A DNA stretch of 64,000 nucleotides. It comes from Mytilus edulis (Eukaryota). The notes beneath the pieces are model-generated. The model worked only from the letters and a program-made list of their open reading frames with translations, ran no database searches and was not told the DNA's origin. The position numbers were made by a program, and so were the translations under genes. Where the stretch lies: positions 50,716,001 through 50,780,000 of the forward strand of contig NC_092345.1 in NCBI RefSeq assembly GCF_963676685.1. Reading direction: 5' to 3'. Below are positions 12,013 through 25,300 of this stretch, in pieces (positions within the stretch are counted from its first letter, which is position 1; every line of letters starts with the position of its first letter).

Positions 12013-15000
12013 CATGCAGAATCAGTTTCATGATGACTAGGTTTAGCCGAAATTAACCTTGATTCTGCAAATCTTTAAAAAAAAAATAATATTTTTATGC
12101 TAAATCATTAGACATGGTCGCCTTCTTTGTTATTAGATAATATACAGATAATAATAAAATTATCTATCTATCTATCTATACAGATTGTGATTATTGTTTA
12201 AAGTGTCATATCTTGATCTTACAAATAAATACATCAAGTTCAATACACAAAAGAGATAAAACAAAGATCAATACCCAGTCTTTATCATAGACTTACAAGA
12301 CACTAAATTTACAATAAAACACATTAAAAATATATAAAATTTATAAATCATACACTAACATGCTGAGTTGGTTTAGGATAGCTCACGTGATAACATGCCG
12401 TGAAACATTATTCTGGCTCTGAGCCGACCAGTCTTTGTTCTTACTCATGAATACCACGTGCTTACCAGAATAGAAGCAAAATAATAGTCTTGCGAATCTT
12501 TTAAAATGCATGGAATGAGCTTTGATTGCAATAAGCACGGTTTTAAGCATTTGGCAAAATTGTATGACGATTTTAGTTATGTTTGATTTTTTTCTTAAAA
12601 AAAATGTTTTGTTGTTTTATTGATTTCATGATTGCTAGATCCATGTAGAATAATATATATTTTTTAAGAAAATGTATATTTGCCTTCCATATATTTTTTC
12701 TTGTTTCATGCATCGTCTTATTCGTGGACCAACGCATATAACTTTGTTTGTTATGTGTTAGTCGCATATTTGTCTTTTGATGTTTGTCTTTTATTTCCAT
12801 GGCGTTGTCAGTTTATTTCCGATTAACGAGTTTGAATGTCCCTTTTGTATCTCTTACCTGTCTTTTTAAAAACGTGTTCTTCTTATCATGAACATTTCGA
12901 TATATCCCATATAGAGAAAGTTCAACTTACTGACAGACGCCGACAATGTTAGTCGCTTGTTCACTCACTTGATACAATTTAGACATATGTGTTGCTAAAT
13001 TTTGATCGTAAAAACCTTTTATCGCCTTCCTTCTTCCTGGAGCGTTTTTGCTGAGTTCATTTAATAACCCAAATCTTTAGTGTTTTGTGGACTCATCTTG
13101 TCTATCCATCTTTATATTTGGTCATACACGATCTGGACAAGATTTTTTTTATCTTTTAAACAGACACCGTCAGAAGACATATTATACACGCAATATATCT
13201 TTGGCACTGAGAAGGATATTCTGTGAACAGGAGAATGTTGAATAAAGCAGTGTTTAAAAAATTTGAGATTTAAAAGCATTTTACCCTGTTTCTCTAACAT
13301 ACCTAAAAGTATGCATTATTCGAAATACTAAGGATTTCCTTATCCCATGCACATATTACCTTAGTGATATTTGGCACAACCTTTTCGAATTTCGGGTCCT
13401 CAATGCTCTTCAACTTCATAATTGTTTGGCTTTTTATAAATTATGTTGATATGAGCGTCATTTTTTTGTAGACGAAATGCGCTTCTGGCGCATCAAATTA
13501 TAAGCCTGATACCTTTGATAATTAAAGAAATTTCAACACTAAACTTGATAAACATATACCCTATTTGAAGGCCAATGTCGATAAATAAATTTGATTGTTA
13601 AAATCATATTGTCTGGCTTTATTTCATTGTCCGTCATGTGTTGTTAATTTCTTTCGTAAAATGGTTGATTGACTTTATCAACTTTTGACACGGATGGTCC
13701 GACAATTGATATTTTAATCGAGTTTTACTTATCCTAAACCTAATCTATGAAAACTTGATTAATCTATACATGGAAGTAATATTTAAATTCAATATTACTT
13801 CCATGATCTATACAAGATTTAGATTTATTTCCTCAGACGGTGTATTTCAATTGTTGGTCTAAACCTGATTAGTTTTCTGTTATTTAACGGGGATATATTA
13901 AGTCCTATATTCAGGATCCTTTTCGTTAGTACAACACACTTTTGAGTGTTATCAAACACCTGAGACTACTATAACACATGTATTTAATATAGTAGTCTCA
14001 GCAAATACTGACTATATACATGAACCGGTATATCTATGTATTAAAGTTTAGAATTTTTAAAAACCCTATTTCATTTTCCATCTTAATCATTTTAATGTTG
14101 CAAATTCTCATAAACATAATTCTATTTAAAATTTAATACTAGTATATACACCAGTCGTTATTATGAGACACTATCGTAGCCCGAGACCACAATTAATTCC
14201 TATATCAGTTCTTGTCGCATTAAAAAAATTACCATTTGTTTTTTGTCTATTTTTTTGTGTGTTTAATGTACAGTGCAAATCCAGAAGTATATCCAACTTT
14301 CAGAAAAATTGCATACGAATTTGGTCAATACACATCCATACCCCCATAGGCAAGTCAAGAGATGTTCCGAAAAGTGTAAATATTACCTTTTTGCACCTGG
14401 CCTAATCACTCTTTCCATATCTAAATCAGTTAAAATGAAACGTCAAAAAGTTTATTTCAATTCTCTTCTTTCATTTACACCCCAGAAAAACTAAGAAATG
14501 TATGAGAAATGGAAAGAAAAGAAATAAAGAAAAAACACACTATTATAATTAAAGGGAACTATATATTCATACTTTTGGCCAATGTTTTATTTAAGAACTG
14601 AGACATTTGAGACATTTGAGACATTTGAGATCAGAGTTACATAACATAAAATGTCAATATTTAAAGAGATACAACATGAATGGGAGTGCAACCTAATGAC
14701 ACACAAAAACCGAGACATATCGGTTCAACACTTTGACATTTTAATTTGTCTCTTCGTCTTAAAGAAACCCATATATCTATCAGATTAACATTTGAAGGTT
14801 ACAGTTTTATAATTAAAATAACGAGGTATCGATAAGTCCTTTAACATAATATTTTCCTTTGGTTTATTTAAGTATACGTGGACGAATGAATAGAATATCT
14901 CAAAATAATGCCAAAATATTATACGTAATGAAAATTAGTGTGGTTTTAGAATATCTTTATTTAATAGAATCACGTTTTTAATTTTGTATTACGATTAACG

Positions 15001-16414
15001 AAACATATTGATCGATTTTCAATACAAAGCAAATCTCGTGCCCTTCCCTCGTGAAAACCTTTGGTGACACCTTGGCACTGACCAATTTTTCATGAAACCA
15101 GAAAGATTCAAGTTTTGACGTATTTTTTTTTATTTGCGTCTTTGTCAGATTAATTTGTTGGTCTATTTGATTTTTGAGTCAGTGTTGTATGTCTGGTAAT
15201 GTGGCTGCAAGAACAAAATTACTGTCACATTAACTTATCATTCATCTATGTTTGGTTGCTCACCTAATTTTGTCAATATAACGGAACTATCATACATGTA
15301 GGAGCTAGGTTTAGGTAGCTGCAAAACCAGGTTTAACCAACCATTTTTTCCCAACATGCCAGTACTAATTCAGATATATGGCAGATGTTCCCTGATTGAA
15401 AGCGTTTGATTTTGTTAGTTTTTATGGACTTTCTTTTACCAAATTTTTATCGGAACTTTATCCACGAATAATTACATTAGATGTATGTTTCATTATACTG
15501 TCAGGGAAAGATGTCGTTAAATAATCAAATAAGTACACGAAAAATGCTTGTTAAATTGTTAAATGAAGCATGTAGGTAATAAATTCAGTAGTGTTGGATC
15601 ACAAAATTCGTTGATGAATAAAGATACAATTTTCGAGGTAAACTGTTATATCGTAACAAATGTAACCACTCAAATCTATTTACAGCTTACGACATGTACT
15701 TGAACATGGAATCCCATAAAAGTTATAAAATAATTTATATAAATAATTTATAAATTCTTTACACCAAAACAAAATAATACAGTTTTTAGTCAATTATCTA
15801 CAGTGCGAAAATAAACATTCCCTCTAGTATTAGTTTTACATACAACTGTAAAAAAACATTCACAACAGGCAGGTTTTTCTTCCCTCTGACAGACATTCAT
15901 TGTAGATGGTGTCCGTCAACGGCTATAAAATATATCTGTATAAACATCTTCTTAAATTATTTTTTTTCGGTGATATTTAACTTTAAATAGGCCCTCCACG
16001 GTTAGAGCAGTTTTTACGGCAATCAAATATGTTGCAGAAAGATGCACACGACCTGCAGTGCCGAACAGATGTTGATTCGTAAAAGAACTAATCGATGCTT
16101 TAAATAAGAGTCAATACCAATATTCAACATTGACGCACTATCAATGTTGCTTAAAGGGGCACTAGCTTCGAGATATATAAAACATCTAAAATTTGATTTT
16201 TTTTGTTCAATCATAAATGAAAGTGAAATAGTTAAATAACAATTTGCTTTTAGCGGCCAGTATGTTTCTATTTTGTACAAATAAGCTAAGAAACTTTGAT
16301 GATAAATTGCAAGTGAATAACTCGACCTCGTTAAATCCGTATTCATGTGAACTTCAATTTAACCTCTTAGCTAAATATGGATAATTTTATAATTTGATTG
16401 ATTGGTTTGATCAA

Positions 16415-18250
16415 CAACATATCATTCTATTTTGAATTCACGTTTGAATAAATTTTCTGATGATTTTTGTTTACTATGTCAGAATCAAGCTGGTTTCAGA
16501 GAAGGTTATTCTACTACAGATAATTTATTTGTTATCTACATGCTTATTAGTATCATGAAAAATAAGAAAAAGAAACTATTTTGTGCATTCGTAGATTTTG
16601 CTAAAGCCTTTGACACTGGTTGGAGAAAGGGTCTTTGGCATAAATTACTTGTGAATAATATTAACGGTAAAATGTATAATGTAATTTTTAATATGTACAC
16701 TGGTATTAAATCTCGTATTGTGTATAATGGTGAAATGTCAGAATACTTTTCATGCAATATCGGTGTAAGACAGGGTGAAAATATGTCTCCTTTTTTATTT
16801 TCATTGTATTTGAACGATCTTCAACAGTTTATTGAAGAAAAAAATGTATGTGGTTTAAATTGTATTACTGATGAAATAGAGAATGAGTTTGATATCTACT
16901 TAAAACTGTTTGTGTTATTGTACGCAGATGATACAGTGTTATTTTCGGATAATGCATCCGATTAGATATATTCTTTGAATATTGCAGTACCTGGAAACTA
17001 AAAGTTAACACTAGTAAAACTAAGATTATATTTTTTTCTGGTGGTAGATTACCCAAAAATATTAACTTTATATATGACGGAAATGCATTGGAGATAGTCA
17101 ATGAATTGACATATCTTGGGTTAAATTTTTCAAGAACAGGTAGCTTTATGAGTGCTAAGAAAACTTTAGTTAGAAAAGCATATAAAGCAATGTATGAAGT
17201 ATTGAAAAAGGGGAGGTTGCACAACTTGTCAGTGAAATCACAATATGATCTTTTTGATAAAATTGTGAAGCCAATTCTCCTGTATGGGTGTGAGATTTGG
17301 GGTTTCAGTAATACTGATATTATAGAAAAAGTGCACTTAAAATTTTGTAAACTATTATTAAACCTTAAGAAGTCGACACCGAGTTTTATGATTTATGGTG
17401 AACTTGGTATTTATCCCATGTCTTTATATATACAGCTGCGTATGGTTATTTTTTGGTCAAAAATGGTAAATCGGGATGATAACAGGATTGCTAAAATACT
17501 ATACAAATACATGTTCTTGAAAAGTTCTGACAACCAATTTAGGTCAGATTGGTTGAAATACGTTAAAGATATATTAGATAAGTGTGGATACAGCAATATA
17601 TGGTTGTCACAAGGAAATTTTAATCCAAAGTGGTTGGGTATTAGTTTAAAACAAAAGTTATTTGATCAGTTTCAACAGAAATGGAGAGCTGATATTGACT
17701 GTTCGTCAAAAGGTTTGGCCTACAAATTGTATAAACAAAATTTTGAATTTGAGGAATATCTGAATATTTTAAGTGATAAAGATAGAATAACATATTGTAG
17801 ATTTCGAACGGGTAACCATAAGTTACCAATCGAAACTGGTAGATGGAATAAGATTGAGCGAAACCTTAGATATTGTAACTTATGTCATGGTAACGAGATT
17901 GGTGATGAATTTCATTACATTTGCAGTGTAGTTCTTTGGCAAATTTTCGATCCCAATATTTGGATACTTTTTTCTTGCACAGATGTAACATACTAAAATT
18001 TGAAAAACTATTTCAGTTAAAATTTAAAAATAAGTTGAAAAAGCTGTGCAAATTTATCAGGGTTATAACTTTTCAAGTGAGTCTTCCTGGTTAATCACCA
18101 CTCTTCGCTACTATACTGTTTATTTTATTTTATTTGATTTTTTCATCTCATCTTGTCATGTGTGTTTGTGTTATGTTATATAACTTTTGATGAACTTCTT
18201 TGTACCATTGTAATTTTATGGTGTTTGAGAAATAAAAGAATCTTGAAAAG
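16415..18250 (+). mobile_element. 5'-truncated CR1/L2-group LINE, RT pseudogene
   Basis: NQAGFR, FVDFAKAFD, GVRQGENMSP, LLYADD, C-terminal CxxC..DEFH motif; frame break near 16965; AATAAA plus ATCTTGA-type tail. Confidence 0.9.
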
Positions 18251-18299
18251 AATCTATAAGGTAAAAACGATGATTAACATATATTTTTAATCTATAACA

Positions 18300-18950
18300 T
18301 CTGGTGATAGATTACCCAAAAATATTAACTTTATATATGATGGAAATGCATTGGAGATAGTAAACGAATTGACATACATTGGGTTGAATTTTTCAAGAAC
18401 AGGTAGCTTTATGAGTGCTAAAAAAATTTTAGTTAGAAAAGCAAATAATACAATGTATGAAAAGGGGAGGTTGCAGAACTTGTCAGTGAAATCTCAATAT
18501 GATCTATTTGATAAAATTGTGAAGCCAATCCTTCTGTATGGGTGTGAGATTTAGGGTTTCATTAATACTAATATTATAGAAAAAGTGCACTTAAAATTTT
18601 GTAAACTATTATTAAACTTTGCAGTGTAGTTCTTTGGCAAATGTTCGAGCACAATATCTGGATACTTTTTTCTTGCACAGATGTAACATACTAAAATTTG
18701 AAAAACTATTTCAGTTAAAAGTAAAAAATAAGTTGAAAAAGCTGTGCAAATTTATCAGGGTTATAAATTTTCAAGTGAGTCTTCCTGGTTAATCACCACT
18801 CTTCGCTACTATACTGTTTATTTTATTTTATTTGATATTTTCATCCCATCTTGTCATGTGTGTTTGTGTTATGTTATATAACTTTTGATGAACTTCTTTG
18901 TACCATTGTAACTTTATGGTGTTTGAGAAATAAATAATCTTGAATCTTGA
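18300..18950 (+). mobile_element. Second truncated and internally deleted copy of the same LINE 3' end
   Basis: Matches 17037-17365 joined to 17920-18245; ends AATAAAT(AATCTTG)2. Confidence 0.88.
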
Positions 18951-19319
18951 AATAAAACAGACATAGAAACATCGAATTATAAGAGTCGACTTTCTATTTT
19001 ATCTGTAATTATGTTTATATCGCTTAAAATCAACTCGATAGTTAATTAGATGGCGTCTAGACTGAAATACACACGAAACGAAGCTACATATTCTCAAGCC
19101 TGTTACCTGTAAATTGTTTATTTGAGACATGTTATAATTTGTTATATGTTTGACATGGTTATAAATCAAATATGAGAATTTCAGTCAAATCGATGAACAT
19201 GAATATGGCATCTAGTGCCCCTTTAATACTTGTTCATAAGTTTTATTTCCTTTGATATTCTTATTAGAAAGTGTTATTTTTCTTTGTAGATCAAATTGAG
19301 CCACTTGTAGCAAACTGCA

Positions 19320-19336
19320 ATGAGTAACTTAGAGAG
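19320..19336 (+). CDS. PLA2G4A: cPLA2 putative start exon (MSNLE; exon 19290-19336)
   Basis: Polypyrimidine-TAG acceptor at 19289; ATG AGT AAC TTA GAG AG|gtaagt. The phase-2 end matches the next micro-exon, giving MSNLESFDPFQ (vertebrate MSFIDPYQ). Confidence 0.65.
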
Positions 19337-22300
19337 GTAAGTCTATGAATTAACTATCAAGAACATTTATGCGTTATCAGAATAATCTAAGGTATATAGG
19401 TTTTACTTATTTGGGTACAAGAAGCAGGGAAAATGCTTTGAGCTAAATGTGTGACAATTTGATCCAAAAACAGAACTGGAAATATCTAATAATATTCATT
19501 TATTGGGTTACGGTCATTAATCTTTTGTTTCGATTAATTTTTGACATAGGCGAAGAAAAAAAGGGTAGGTCGTTTGCATTTTCGAATTTTTTTTGTGTAT
19601 TTTTTTTCATTTTGTATGGTTGTTTTGTGTGTGTTTGTGTGTGTGTGTGGGGGTGGTTTAAAAAAAACATGTGTTACTTTTGGTTGGTCCTTAATTTTTT
19701 TTTTCAGGTTCTGTAGAATCAGATTTTAATTCCATCTTTCTATAAATTTCCATCATTTTATTATAATAACAGTCAAGGGTTCTGGGAGAAGGGTGTTACT
19801 TTGACAATTCCATATATTTATAAACGTTAATTAAATATAATACACAGAAAAGGGACGCAAATTTAATGGGTGAAAATAATCATTATTTTGCATGTCAGAA
19901 ACGGATCGAAATTTTCAATTTTTACCTATGACAATAAAAGCCAAGGAGGAAGGATTAAACAAAATAATAGGATTAAAAAGATATCGAAAACGCAGTTTTT
20001 TCTCCCGCGTTATTCTGAAAACAGATAATTATGTATTGTTAAAATAATGCAGCATCATACTCATGCAAAGTGTACACTGAGATAGTGAATGATTCCTAAT
20101 GAGAAATTAGCAATTGTAGACCATAGGATGATTATGTTATCAACAAGATATCACTAACTGACTTCTTCAATGAACAATATCGATATCGTATAATTAGATA
20201 CAGGAAATCCTTGGCATGAAAAATGAAACAATTTTAAAAGAGAAAGCAAACTACCTGATTTATACTAAAAAAATAAACGAACATCATGTATTCCATTATG
20301 CAACCAACGACAACCACTGAGATTTGGGACAGGCACATACAGAGTGTTGCTTGTGAGCTGTTAAATCCCGTATTTTGGACAGTCGATTTAAAGCACTACA
20401 TTTAAAAGTTGGAATTATCAGATCGACACTAAAAACACATATACCTAAAAATAAAAAAAAAAATTAAAAAAAAACCAAAAAGAACACAAGGTACTGATCT
20501 AAGAGGACTCGCAGTTATTGAAGACAAGTTCAAATCCAATAGCAACTAATGAATAAATAATGTTTTCCCAGACAGGCTTATTACAAGCCAGCAAAGTTTC
20601 GGTAAGGAAAGACTATACAGTATATGTAATAATTATTTATAAGGGATCAAACCTAAACCTGTAGCATACTTTTCATTATCGCACAAGTGCATTCGCTTCT
20701 AGCATAGTAGCCAGTATGCAATGAATATACTGTATGTAGATAACCCCTTTAAAATATTTTTTTTAAATGTGAAGTTATAGGTAATTTCACCCTGCTTTTC
20801 GACACCTTTAATGCTACCGTTTTCTCGGTATTTATAAAATTTAAAAAAAGGTTGTTTTAACAAAGTTAATATATATTTATTTGTTTGGACTATAAAACTA
20901 GGTGTTCGGACGGTTTTAAAGATATATAAAGTCAAAAAAGAATGAAAAAATTAAAAACAACTGCTTATCAAAATAAATCTTAGTATGTTTCTCATGACAA
21001 ACAATGTCCTTATGTTGTACTGTTATACCACTGTCCCTAATGAGGAGGAGGGTTGGGATCCCACTAAAATGTTTAACCCCACCCACATTATGTATGTATG
21101 TGCCTGTCCCAAGTCAGGAGCCTGTAATTCAGTGGCTGTCGTTTGTTTAAGTGTTACATATTTGTTTTTCGTTCATTTTTTTTTATAAATATTAAGGCCG
21201 TTAGTTTTCTCGTTTGAATTGTTTTACATTGTCATTTCGGGGCCTTTTATAACTGACTATGCGGTATGGGCTTTGCTCATAGTTGAAGGCCGTACGGTTA
21301 TCTACAATTGTTAGTTTCTGTGTCATTTTTGGTCTCTTGTTGAGAGTTGACCCATTGGCAATCATACCACATCTTCTTTTTTATAATGACATAGGACCAT
21401 AATTATTTTCAAAATTGTATGATTGTTTTGTATAAATTTTTTTCCCCGGATATACTCTTATATATATGACCTTAATTATGTGGCATGTTGGGTTCTGAGA
21501 CCAGGAAGAGTTTTCTATGTTGCCTACAGCACTACATCATCCACTGTATGTTGCATACAGCGTTCACTTAAAAAGTTGATTAGAGGTTGTTAACGAAGAA
21601 CCTTGTTGCAATATTTTTATGTGTTATTAGGATAGGGATAAAAATTCGGTATATATCAATTTAGTTTTAAATGGTTGTTGTGGTTGTATAAATTTCTTTT
21701 TTGTCCGCAAACCTATCTTGCTGCTTTTTGATTTGTGATGTACGTGCATTATACTCTGGATTCCGAATGTTTATACGTCTACCTTTTTAGTTATAAATAC
21801 TTATTTAGATGTTACATCTGTACAAATATATGATACAATTTAGATACAACTTCACAAAAGGTGTAAGTGAGGAAGCATATTGTAAGTGGTAATTAAAAAG
21901 TCAAAAATAAACAAACAACACCATGGCGAAAAGAAGGAAAACGAAAAGGAAAACAACAATCTACACAGCACTATCCAGAAAACCCAATATTGAGTAGCAT
22001 GAGTCTTGTCATTGACCAAAAGATCTCAGATGCACAAACAGTTTTGTCCTTCCCCATCAGTGTTATCTACCACTTAAATCAATATAATAGAGTTCCTGTA
22101 GATGTTTAGGGTAAAATAAGTGCTGCATATAATCTTAAAATCATTTTGCCTTTCAGTTTTGGCAGACTTCGTCTGCAAAATTACAGGTAAAACACAAACG
22201 CAATATGTTTACTTGCCACAATTTTTTCAGTTTTTGTTTTATCAGTTGCTGTGGCAATTTATCAAATCAATTGTTTGATTAATGTGTTACATTACATTCT

Positions 22301-25300
22301 TTTAATTTGCTTAAGGTAGTCGCCTTTTTATTAGATATATAACTACACACGCATAATATACCATTAAGCACGCGCAGTCTGTTGTATACATATTCATACC
22401 TAAAATTGAATTAATATTATTGACATGTAAATCAACTGAGCGGATTCTCAATACCCCCCAAAAAAACATACAATGATCATACTACTCTCATATTTGAAAA
22501 TCCTCTATTGTTTATCCATTTAAAACAAACACATGTTTATTACAATATTGGAATATCAAAAAGTTGTACCATGAGTTCAGGCCTGCAGTTCTAAGTTTTC
22601 CAAAACGGATATCTCTTATTCAAAGTTTGGCAAATTACTTCTCAAAAGTCAATTCACAAAAATACCGAACTCCGAGGAAAATTCTAAACGGAAAGTCTTT
22701 AATAAAAAATTAGAAACTCAAACACATCAAACGAATGGATAACATTAGTCATATTCCTGACTTGGTAACAAACATGTTAAATTGTCCCTCTCATTGAGCA
22801 GATAAGTTTACAAGCTTATGATTGGTGTACATTTTAATACTCCTTCCCTCTGTGATTGTGATTATTGGCAAATGAAAAAAAAAAATAAAAATGCCAAATT
22901 TTTAATGTTTATTCAGAAAAGGGGGAAGTCCATAAACCCTGACAAATTCAAATGTTTGGCTATATCAAGTAACCATGGTAACGGAACGAATGGAAAATCA
23001 CTGTCACTGATCAGTATTATGCAGACGAAACGCGCGTCTGGCATATTAAATTATAATCCTGGTACCGTTGATTACTTTTGACATTTCTACTGGTACTGGA
23101 ATTTTCTTTGGAAAATGCCGAACATAATCAAACCTGGTTTCATAGCTAGCTTAATCTCCAACTTGTATGACAGATGGACAGTTTATGCATTATAAATATA
23201 TAACATCAAAATTTAAGCAGAATTACACATCTTTTAAAACAGTAGCAGTTTTAATTTCAACTCCTTTTGTATTCATATCTCATATCCGCATGATAATATT
23301 ATATATCTTTTTAACTGTTCATTTGCAAATAGACAACTACACATTAATAGTAATTTTATAATTTGTATACACTTTTAGTTTTGATTTTTCAAGAGAAAGA
23401 TCACTTTGCTAACTGTTGTTCTAACCTTTGCTTCCTAAGTATGATATTTTTATGATTTGTATGACATGTAATATTATAACGTATTGCATGGCGTGTATAA
23501 ATTGTATTTGTATTTGTCAAATTTGATTTTAGATTAATTTTCACCTGTTCACCGGTTAATAAATGGCAAATATAGTGTATTTCTTATCATGATCTCCTTA
23601 TAGCAGTATTTATTTAATAACATCTACACCAGTAAAAAAAAAAAAGGGAATGTTGTAGTGCACAAAATCAATGTCCATTTACCTTTTTACCTTATTTACA
23701 TTTTTACTTCCTCCGGTTTTTATATTTTACAGAAATGTAAAATTTGCTGCTGATCATTAAAATCAATTGTGAATTATTAGAGATATTTTCTTACATATAG
23801 CCATATCAATGACAATTTCTTTATATTATTATTGTATGACTATATCTAATTGTATGTCTTTAATTCCAGCTTCGATCCTTTTTATTAGGCTTCATTTACA
23901 TTTTAACTTCCTCTGGATTTTGCATTTTACAGAAATGTAGACTATGCTGTTGAGAATTAGAATTAATTGTGATACTTTCCTAACATATAGCCATATATAT
24001 GACAATTTCTATAATTATTTTGTTACTATATCTGATTTTTTATCTTTTATTCCAGCTTCGACCCTTTTCAGGTTTTTGAGGTGAGTACTGAGAATAGATT
24101 TATTATTGACTATTATAGTTTAAGCCAAAACACAATCAATTATATTGTTTAAATTTTCGTATATTCTTTATTGTATTAAATTCATACTAATCAGGTATAT
24201 ATTTAATAAAGCATTGCAAAAATATATTAGTTAGATCAATTCAAAATTATTCCTTTCCACTTGGCTTATTGACAGCCTAAAATAGTTAAAATAGATTCGC
24301 TCCTTTATTTATGTTCAAAATCTGTTCAAGACGTTTACACTGTAACTTATAAAACCAACAACGGTAAGAGATTGTAGAAAACTATTTAATAATTTGAATG
24401 TAAATCTTGCTATCATACTTCTATCATTAAAAGTTTTTTCAATGACAGATACATAAATAAACTCATCAAAAATACCAGGACATAATTTTGTATATACGCC
24501 AGACGTGCGTTTCGTCTACAAAAGACTCATCAGTGACGCTCGAATTCAAAACAGTTAAAAAGGCCAAATAAAGGACGAAGTAAACCAGTGCAATTACAAA
24601 TCTGAATTGGTTGAATAAAAATAACCTTCGAAAAGTAACTCCCAAAGCAAGGTCATGTGCAATAACTGGTGCATGTAAATGGTATATGTCAGCATATTTT
24701 CGATTCTTTTGTCCTTATTTAAAAAAAAGTAAACAAAATATTTCTCAGTTAGTTAATTATTCAATTGATTTACATTTTATTGGTAAATTTTATATGACCT
24801 ATTCGACAGCACACTTCTAAAAAGTAATTTGTGCATTCCTTGTTTTATAGGTATCCCACTATCCATGTACAATACTATATATCAAAGTGGTGCGAGGATA
24901 CAATATAACGAAAGGATGGGCTGCAGATCTAAGTAAGTTGTAGTTATAGAAGAAACAGCATATCACTGAAAATACATTTACGATTTCTTATTTTTTTATA
25001 TGACATTCATTGACTTTTTTTCTTTAAACGTAGGGTCTGTTTCTGTTTTATGTGTTTTAAGTCTTACCTTTATCATATGTATGTCGGTTAAAAACGCTTA
25101 TGCTGTATTGTTATAATTATGTATACTCGACTTTCAATGCGGTATGAGTACCAATGAGACAAATCTCCATTCAAGTTACAATTAATAAAAGCTTACCATT
25201 ATAGGTCAAAGTACGGTCTTGAACACGAGGCCCTGTCTTTGTCTAAAAACACTAAAAGTATACAAATCAACATGACACTCTAATACACGAGGTGTTACAA

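Larger units (their letters stand above)
16155..19222. mobile_element. Kolobok-like MITE hosting LINE insertions
   Basis: TTAA|AGGGGCACTAG ... CTAGTGCCCCT|TTAA. Confidence 0.75.
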
